Source: Actinomycetota bacterium
Lineage (GTDB): Bacteria; Actinomycetota; Coriobacteriia; Anaerosomatales; UBA912
Assembly: GCA_023488435.1 (NCBI GenBank)
Contig: JAMDCK010000030.1
Coordinates: 20,177 to 84,176 of the forward strand
Direction: 5' to 3'
DNA: 64,000 nt
The translations under genes and the position numbers were made by a program. The notes beneath the pieces were generated by a model. The model searched no databases, had not been told where the DNA came from, and was given only the letters and a program-made list of their open reading frames with translations. This document shows, piece by piece, positions 57,875 to 64,000 of the stretch (position 1 is its first letter; each line of letters opens with the position of its first letter).

Positions 57875-60376
57875 TCAAATACTAGCCTCGACCATCTGCG
57901 TCCACTTGTCGGTCAAGGTCTTGAGTCTGTCTATTGTATCAGCTTCTGCAAAAATTGAAATATGCGGCTCTGATGAGTGAGGCAGGACCAGTATCCATCC
58001 GTCATCGTATTCGACTTGAATCCCCTCAGTGATGTCAGCAGTCGGGACTCCTGTTTCCTCCGTGAGGGAACGCATGACCTTGCCCTTGCTAGTCGACGGG
58101 CAGAATATGTCGGTCTGCTCGGCGAAGTATGGCGGGAGTTGTGCGACTATCTCGTCAAGGGTGCGTTCATCCTTGGCTAGCAGCGCACAGATTCCAACTA
58201 GGCTTGCGACGCCATCGTAGCCCGCAAGGAAGCTGGGGAAGATGTAACCGCCGGTACGACCCCCTGCGAATGAGACACTGTTATTGGCAGCTAGTTGGGC
58301 GAGGGACCTGCGAGAGCGACCGGGTCGGATCACGGAGTGCCCAGTGATTGCCGCAATCTTCTCAGCTACACGTGAGACTGTGGATGGTACTGCGACTGGA
58401 AGTCCAGACTCGTCGTACTTACACCACAGGTCGACCAAGGCAAACAACGATGTCGCCCCGTCCAAAGTTTTTCCGCTGGGTGTCAGTAGAGTCAGGCGCT
58501 CGCCTGAGGTATCGAAGGCGACACCCAGATCAGCCCCCAAGAACTGGACCAGTCTGGATAGTTCGCCGAACTCTTCGCTCTGGTCAGTGCCGATGAAGGT
58601 CCTCTCCGCATCAAGGAAGGGATTGATGCTGACCAGATCAATTCCTGAGTGGACGAATACTTGGGGCAGTACGAAAGAAGCTACCCCGCCGGCCAGATCG
58701 GCCACAACCTTGAAAGATGTGTCATCGGTGTTAATCGAGTGAGCGAAGGTCTCTAGGGCGCTCGAATAGTATTCGATCGTCCTGGGAGGGAAAGTCACGT
58801 CGCCAACATCGGAGAAGAAAGTGCGACGGAACTCACCTCTATGGTAGAGTCGCTCGATCTTCTTCTCCTCCCACGCTGCGATATCCAACCCGAGACGATC
58901 GAATATGTGAATCTCAATAGCCTGAACATCTGTCGCCGACTGACAGACATGGACTCCTCCGAGGCAACGAGTGTCTCGGGTGGTCAGACGATTCATCGCC
59001 GGAGAACAGACGCGCAGGTCCCGCACATGGCATCCTGCCGAATTCAAACCGGCAATCATGGCCCTCTTGATCATTCGAGATGAACGCGAAGAATCACGAC
59101 TGACCATGACATGTGAGCCCTTGGGAAGGAGCGATCCGTAGGCTTGCGCAATGCGCAGAGCCATTTCGGGGGACAAATCCACTCCGACGATTCCTGATAT
59201 CCCGCGCTCGCCGAACAGGGTTCTGGCACCAGTAGCCTCCCAGATGATCGAGCTACTGGCCACAGCACCTGGCTCGACGGTCTTGTATGGGTAGACCTGA
59301 ACGTCAGTGTTGATGTGAGCCCTGTGGCCAACGGTCACTTCATCGCCGAGAACGGCCCCACTGGCTACCGATGCCCCTCCACGAATATCGACACCTCTGC
59401 ACAAGACGGATCCCTGAACGTCAGAGTTCCTGCCAATGAAAGTATCGCTCCAAATTACCGAATGGGTGACCTTAGCATCTGTCCCAATGACGCAGTTGTC
59501 ACCCAAGACGGTGAAGTCACCAATGACGGCGCCTGATCGAATAGTAACGTTCTTTCCGACTACGACATGCTCGCCAAGTACGGCGTCGGCATCGATGCGG
59601 GCGCCTTCTCCTATCCACAACCCGTCACGGACGGAAATCCCCGGGATATAGAGATTAGCCTTACCCGACATGAGGTCCCGATGTGCCTGGACGTAGCTTT
59701 CCAAGCTACCAACATCGCACCAATAGCCCTTTGAGTGGAATCCATAGAGGCCGTAGCCCTTCTCCATGAGAAGCGGAAACAGCTGGCTGGAAAAGTCGAA
59801 GGCCTCACCCTGAGGAATGAAGTCAAAGACCTCAGGTTCCATGACATAGATGCCTGTGTTGATGGTGTCCGAGAATACCTGCCCCCAGGTTGGCTTCTCC
59901 AGGAAGCGTTCGATCCTTCCGTCGGCGTCGGTGATCACCACTCCAAAATCCAGAGGATCCGGCACGCTTTTAAGCGCTATGGTCACGGTCGCCCGCTTTT
60001 TGCGATGGAACTCGATAACTGATGTAAGGTCGATGTCGGTAAGAGCATCGCCGGAAATCACCAAGAAGGTGCCATCTCTTAGCAGATGCTCGGCGTTCTT
60101 TACAGAGCCCGCGGTTCCAAGAGGGGTTTCTTCGACTGCATAACTGAGGTTCATGCCCCACTCCTCGCCATTGCCGAAGTAGTCTTCGATGAAGCGAGGC
60201 ATGAATGCCAGCGTTGCGACAGCGTCGGTAATGTCATGGTGCTTGAGCAGGCCGATTATGTGCTCCATGATCGGTTGATTGACGATCGGGACCATCGGTT
60301 TTGGCCGCAAACTAGTAAGTGGTCGTAATCTCGAGCCTTCTCCGCCTGCCATGACAACGGCTTTCAATTGCCCCAC
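57875..60376 (-). CDS. Sugar-phosphate nucleotidyltransferase (mannose-1-phosphate guanylyltransferase-like) with a left-handed beta-helix, fused to a divergent phosphohexomutase-like domain
   Basis: N-terminus [23 protein letters not shown], hexapeptide repeats around residues 250-370, and a four-domain PGM/PMM-like C-terminal half with altered catalytic loops. Confidence 0.8.
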   Translation of the reverse strand: MGQLKAVVMAGGEGSRLRPLTSLRPKPMVPIVNQPIMEHIIGLLKHHDITDAVATLAFMPRFIEDYFGNGEEWGMNLSYAVEETPLGTAGSVKNAEHLLRDGTFLVISGDALTDIDLTSVIEFHRKKRATVTIALKSVPDPLDFGVVITDADGRIERFLEKPTWGQVFSDTINTGIYVMEPEVFDFIPQGEAFDFSSQLFPLLMEKGYGLYGFHSKGYWCDVGSLESYVQAHRDLMSGKANLYIPGISVRDGLWIGEGARIDADAVLGEHVVVGKNVTIRSGAVIGDFTVLGDNCVIGTDAKVTHSVIWSDTFIGRNSDVQGSVLCRGVDIRGGASVASGAVLGDEVTVGHRAHINTDVQVYPYKTVEPGAVASSSIIWEATGARTLFGERGISGIVGVDLSPEMALRIAQAYGSLLPKGSHVMVSRDSSRSSRMIKRAMIAGLNSAGCHVRDLRVCSPAMNRLTTRDTRCLGGVHVCQSATDVQAIEIHIFDRLGLDIAAWEEKKIERLYHRGEFRRTFFSDVGDVTFPPRTIEYYSSALETFAHSINTDDTSFKVVADLAGGVASFVLPQVFVHSGIDLVSINPFLDAERTFIGTDQSEEFGELSRLVQFLGADLGVAFDTSGERLTLLTPSGKTLDGATSLFALVDLWCKYDESGLPVAVPSTVSRVAEKIAAITGHSVIRPGRSRRSLAQLAANNSVSFAGGRTGGYIFPSFLAGYDGVASLVGICALLAKDERTLDEIVAQLPPYFAEQTDIFCPSTSKGKVMRSLTEETGVPTADITEGIQVEYDDGWILVLPHSSEPHISIFAEADTIDRLKTLTDKWTQMVEASI

Positions 60377-60412
60377 CTCCGTCGTTCCCCTGCGGTAAGT
60401 GCATCACCCGGA

Positions 60413-61018
60413 CTAACTGGTATGTCCCCTTACGAGTCGCTTCGCAAGCACTGTGTAATGAATGGCTGTTGAGGCCGACATGACTGCCCCTATGTATACG
60501 ATTATAAGCCCTAAAAGCAGCTGGTCGTCGGAGATTGTGACATATGGCCAATTGAGGATCATCAGCGAGAGACCGACGAACAGTACTGCTGTGGTTGCCT
60601 TGCCGACGAGCGTGACGGGCATCCTGAGCTGATGTCTCTCGAGTCTCCAGGCACCGTATAGAAGATAGACATCCCTCAAGACTAGCAGGGCGAGTATGGG
60701 AAGAGGCAGGCGGTCAACCATATAGAGCCCAATGACACCTGATGCAATCAGTAACCTGTCAACCAACGGATCTATGGCCTTGCCGATTGCAGTGACCGTG
60801 CTTGTTCTCCGCGCAATCTGGCCGTCGATCCAGTCAGTAGCGGCTGCTGAAGCATACAGGGCGAAAGCAAGGATGTCCGAACCATCGTCGCGGATCAGAA
60901 CCGTGAACGAGAATGGAACCAACATCAACCGAAGGATGGTTATGACGTTAGCAACGGTCCAAACATCACTCTCACTGTTGGTTGCCTCGCGTTCCACCGC
61001 GGTCGGCTTCTTGGTCAC
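60413..61018 (-). CDS. CDP-alcohol phosphatidyltransferase family protein (second paralog in the window)
   Basis: Motif DWIDGQIARRTSTVTAIGKAIDPLVDRL (D-x2-DG-x2-AR...G-x3-D-x3-D) in a polytopic membrane protein. Confidence 0.85.
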   Translation of the reverse strand: MTKKPTAVEREATNSESDVWTVANVITILRLMLVPFSFTVLIRDDGSDILAFALYASAAATDWIDGQIARRTSTVTAIGKAIDPLVDRLLIASGVIGLYMVDRLPLPILALLVLRDVYLLYGAWRLERHQLRMPVTLVGKATTAVLFVGLSLMILNWPYVTISDDQLLLGLIIVYIGAVMSASTAIHYTVLAKRLVRGHTS

Positions 61019-61078
61019 TGCACTCCTCGGTTGTACCGATCGCTAGTTGCGACCTTGTCCGATCGCCGAATAAGAACA

Positions 61079-61155
<77 letters not shown>

Positions 61156-61253
61156 ATCTTGGTCTTCAGACGGCAGATATGAATACTAGTGTTCCCAGCT
61201 AGAAGTATCAAGAAGAAAAATCGACTAACCCCCGTCTTGCAGGCTAGTTCCAA

Positions 61254-61616
61254 TCATGCGGATGGATTCGGTCCGCCCGTGACTCCACCCCGATACACAA
61301 GGACATGAACATCCTCGATGATGATAAGTCCGTCGGAGAGCATCTCACCGTACACTTCGGCTAAGGCTGTGATCTTGTCGGCGGTGTCGACCACTTGGAG
61401 CAACACCGGCAAATCCACCGACATCCTGATACCGTGCTTCACATGCTGGCGACTGGTTGCGCCAAACCCCGCTAATCCGCGCAATACGGTCGCGCCGGAA
61501 CATCCCGCGACACGCGCCTGCTCAACCATCGCCTGGGCAAGGGGTCTTCCGTCGTACATGTCAGCCTCTCCAAGATAGACTGAGAGTTTCTTTGCGGGCC
61601 CCGAGAGTTCTGTCAT
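61254..61616 (-). CDS. DUF190 (PII-like fold) family protein
   Basis: 120-aa ORF with K.L.VY.GE.D...G.PL..A....A...G..GATV.RG..GFG. Its ATG overlaps the coaBC TGA. Confidence 0.7.
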   Translation of the reverse strand: MTELSGPAKKLSVYLGEADMYDGRPLAQAMVEQARVAGCSGATVLRGLAGFGATSRQHVKHGIRMSVDLPVLLQVVDTADKITALAEVYGEMLSDGLIIIEDVHVLVYRGGVTGGPNPSA

Positions 61617-62929
61617 GATTGCTCCTTTGTTTCGGCTGTAGGTGCGAGTCTGTCAGAGACCAAGTCGAGCAGCCGTCTCGCAATCGACTTTTTGGACTGG
61701 GTGTCTAGCTGTTCGATTCCGAGTGGACCGACAAAGCTCACGCGGTTGTGAAGAGTCGCGAATCCAATCGATGGGTCCGAGACATCGTTTGCAACAACAA
61801 GATCTAGGTTCTTCGCCTTCAGCTTGGCCTTAGCATTCGAGATCACGTCGTTGGTCTCTGCAGCAAAACCAATCACAAGGCGATGACCTTTCACCTTAGC
61901 AAGGTCAGCCAAGATGTCAGGGTTCGGTGCGAGTGGGATGTTGGCGAGTTCATCAGTCTTCTTGAGCTTGACTGCCGATAGAGTAGCTGGCCGATGATCC
62001 GAAACGGCTGCGGTTGCAATCACGACATCGCAATCTTCGAATGCAGCAATCGCCGCAGCATGCATCTCACGGGCGGTCATGACTCCGACGAAGTCGACAC
62101 CGAAGGGTACTGGCAGCGAAGTTGGCCCCGAGATCAGTGTGACCCGGGCTCCTCGGCGGGAAGCTTCTTCAGCGATCGCGTAGCCCGTAAGGCCGCTGCT
62201 GTGGTTCGAGATGAAGCGCACGGGGTCGATTGGCTCGCGAGTGGGGCCGGCGGTGATTAGGATGTGGGCCCCGGCAAGGCTACGGGTACGATGCGCCTCA
62301 ACCAAGACGGATTCAATGATATCCTCGACATCTGCGAGGCGTCCCTGGCCGCTATCACCGCATGCCAGTTCGCCACACGCGGGATCGACCACGATGACAC
62401 CGCGCTGCCGAAGGGCGCTGACGTTGGCCTGGGTCACTTCGGAGTTCCACATCGCTGTGTTCATCGCGGGGGCCACGATGATAGGGGCCTGGGTCGCCAG
62501 AGCGGTGGTGGTGAGCATGTCATCCGCACGACCCGATGCAAGTTTGGCCATCACATTCGCCGTGCACGGCGCGATCAGGAACACATCGGTTTCCTGAGCC
62601 AAGGCGATGTGATGTACCGGCGCCGAGGGCGAGTCCTCCCACATCGTGGTGATGACAGGATTGCCGGTGAGCGCACGAAACGTTGCCGGGCCAACGAAGC
62701 GGGTGGCTGCCTCGGTCATGACGGTCTTCACTGAGAAACCGTGTGCAACAAGACTTCTTGCGATGTAACAGGCCTTGTAGGCCGCTATACAGCCGGTGAC
62801 GCCGATGAGGATATTTCGCCTGGGAACCTGAGCAAGATCGCTCGTGGCGGGGTTGTGGTCAACTGATTCGTGCATCTTCTGTCCATCTATGGGGGATAAG
62901 AAGTCTACGGTCGAATATGATGATAGCAT
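61613..62929 (-). CDS. coaBC: Bifunctional phosphopantothenoylcysteine decarboxylase / phosphopantothenate-cysteine ligase
   Basis: N-terminal flavoprotein (ILIGVTGCIAAYKA) and a C-terminal CoaB part (ITAGPTREPIDPVRFISNHSSG). The start may be the internal Met at 62875. Confidence 0.93.
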   Translation of the reverse strand: MLSSYSTVDFLSPIDGQKMHESVDHNPATSDLAQVPRRNILIGVTGCIAAYKACYIARSLVAHGFSVKTVMTEAATRFVGPATFRALTGNPVITTMWEDSPSAPVHHIALAQETDVFLIAPCTANVMAKLASGRADDMLTTTALATQAPIIVAPAMNTAMWNSEVTQANVSALRQRGVIVVDPACGELACGDSGQGRLADVEDIIESVLVEAHRTRSLAGAHILITAGPTREPIDPVRFISNHSSGLTGYAIAEEASRRGARVTLISGPTSLPVPFGVDFVGVMTAREMHAAAIAAFEDCDVVIATAAVSDHRPATLSAVKLKKTDELANIPLAPNPDILADLAKVKGHRLVIGFAAETNDVISNAKAKLKAKNLDLVVANDVSDPSIGFATLHNRVSFVGPLGIEQLDTQSKKSIARRLLDLVSDRLAPTAETKEQS

Positions 62930-62974
62930 CGAACGTGGCGATCGAAACCGCTAGCTATCGAGGAGATGATGTAG

Positions 62975-64000
62975 TTGCCTCTCAGAGCTTCCGAAGAATT
63001 CGAAGTACGTATCAGGATCGGAGGCCCGGCCGGTTTCGGCATCAAGGCTGCCGGTCAGACACTTGCGAAACTTTTTGCACGATCAGGCCTCGAGACATTC
63101 GATCTGACTGAGTACCCCTCGTTGATAAAGGGCGGTCACAACACTTACCACCTCAGGGTGAGCACCGAGCAGATTCACTCACATGTGCTCGACACAGACA
63201 TTTTGGTTGCCCTCGATCAGGAGACGGTCGCCCTGCATATCGCCGAATTGGGCACCGGCGGAGCCATCATGTACGACCCTGATGACTTCGATCCCCTAAC
63301 GCTTGGGATCGTCGATCTGCGACCGAACGATCGATGCCTGGTTCCCGTGCCTTTGAAGAGCATAGTTCGCGAAGCAGGCGGTCCGGCGATCATGCGCAAT
63401 ACAGCTTCTCTGGGCGCAGTTCTCGGATATATCGGCTTTCCCTTCGAGCCGCTGCAAGAATCGCTCACGTCGCAATTCGCCCGTAAGGGCCCAGCGATAG
63501 TCGAGCAGAATGTCGCAATCGCAAAGGCCGGCTACGATCACGCCCGCGCGAACGAGTGCGGCTTTCCCTACCGCCTGCAGCCGCTCCCCGAGAACGGCAA
63601 GCGCCTACTTGTCGACGGCAACGAAGCGGTCTTCCTCGGCGCCATGGCGGCTGGTGTCGGGTTCTACAGCGCCTATCCGATGACCCCCGCCTCGAGCCTG
63701 CTTCATCTGATGGCTGCCCACGGGGAGAAGGAAGGCGTGGTCGTCAAACACGCCGAGGACGAGATCGCCGCGATCAACATGGTGATCGGTGCCGCTTTCG
63801 GCGGGACAAGGGCGATGTGTGCGACCTCTGGCGGTGGCTTCTCGCTGATGGTCGAAGCGCTCGGATTCGCTGGGGTGAGCGAAACCGCATGCGTCGTAGG
63901 CGTTTTCACGCGTCCTGGACCCGCTACGGGGATGCCGACCTGGACCGAGCAGTCCGACCTGCGCTTCGTCTTGCACGCATCCCAGGGGGAGTTTCCGCGG
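62975..64000 (+). CDS. 2-oxoacid:ferredoxin oxidoreductase, fused gamma/alpha subunit (5' part; runs off the window)
   Basis: My own translation from TTG 62975 (in-frame TAG at 62972; AGGAG at 62961-62965) stays open for 342 codons to the window end. It is not in the ORF track because it lacks a stop. Gamma-type N-terminus IRIGGPAGFGIKAAGQTLAKLFARSG, then alpha-type GNEAVFLGAMAAGVGFYSAYPMTPAS...AEDEIAAINM. Confidence 0.8.
   Translation, partial: MPLRASEEFEVRIRIGGPAGFGIKAAGQTLAKLFARSGLETFDLTEYPSLIKGGHNTYHLRVSTEQIHSHVLDTDILVALDQETVALHIAELGTGGAIMYDPDDFDPLTLGIVDLRPNDRCLVPVPLKSIVREAGGPAIMRNTASLGAVLGYIGFPFEPLQESLTSQFARKGPAIVEQNVAIAKAGYDHARANECGFPYRLQPLPENGKRLLVDGNEAVFLGAMAAGVGFYSAYPMTPASSLLHLMAAHGEKEGVVVKHAEDEIAAINMVIGAAFGGTRAMCATSGGGFSLMVEALGFAGVSETACVVGVFTRPGPATGMPTWTEQSDLRFVLHASQGEFPR

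Overview
This is a 64-kb, gene-dense, moderately GC-rich core chromosomal segment. I found no rRNA, CRISPR array, transposase or integrase.

**Gene content**
- The plus strand from about 1.5 to 42 kb carries the conserved Gram-positive housekeeping string: proS, rimP, nusA, ylxR, infB, rbfA, nrnA, truB, ribF, rpsO, pnp, an M16 peptidase, dapB, lysC, dapA, rnj, uppP, ftsK, a RodZ-like gene, yajQ, rimO, pgsA, cinA, thpR, recA, rny, a GHKL ATPase, spoVS, a PHP phosphoesterase, miaB, miaA, dapF, dapL, hflX, lexA (minus strand) with a divergent LysM gene, nrdR, dut and a Nudix gene.
- Next comes purine salvage: an NCS2 permease, apt and hpt.
- A long co-directional minus-strand string runs from 54.7 down to 43.5 kb: a dac-gcvT fused ORF, gcvH, gcvPA, gcvPB, a lipoate ligase, two small proteins, an FHA protein, a MerR regulator, a small nuclease-like protein, hpt, apt and three unknown genes.
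- The right end carries envelope-type genes (a type IV pilin-like gene, a degenerate GGDEF protein, VanW, a ManC/PMM-like fusion, a second CDP-alcohol phosphatidyltransferase), tRNA-Pro(GGG), a DUF190 gene, coaBC, and the 5' part of a 2-oxoacid:ferredoxin oxidoreductase that runs off the window.
- From gene order and content I infer a deep-branching actinobacterium-like anaerobe. This is an inference, not a database result.

**Most notable observations**
1. There are two perfect direct duplications. One copies the proS 5' region (854 bp) around a 647-bp unique insert. The other is a 737-bp tandem duplication inside pnp that breaks its frame. Each is either an assembly artefact or a very recent rearrangement.
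2. A signal-peptide D-Ala-D-Ala carboxypeptidase is fused in one ORF to the cytoplasmic enzyme GcvT.
3. A small coiled-coil protein carries a near-canonical RsiG-type c-di-GMP motif. It lies near an orphan pilin gene and a degenerate GGDEF protein.
4. A MutL-like GHKL ATPase occupies the slot between rny and spoVS.
5. Clear LexA boxes sit on the recA and lexA promoters, and a ChiZ-like LysM gene is divergent from lexA.

I found no convincing self-contained novel multi-gene system. The candidates are reported with their limits.
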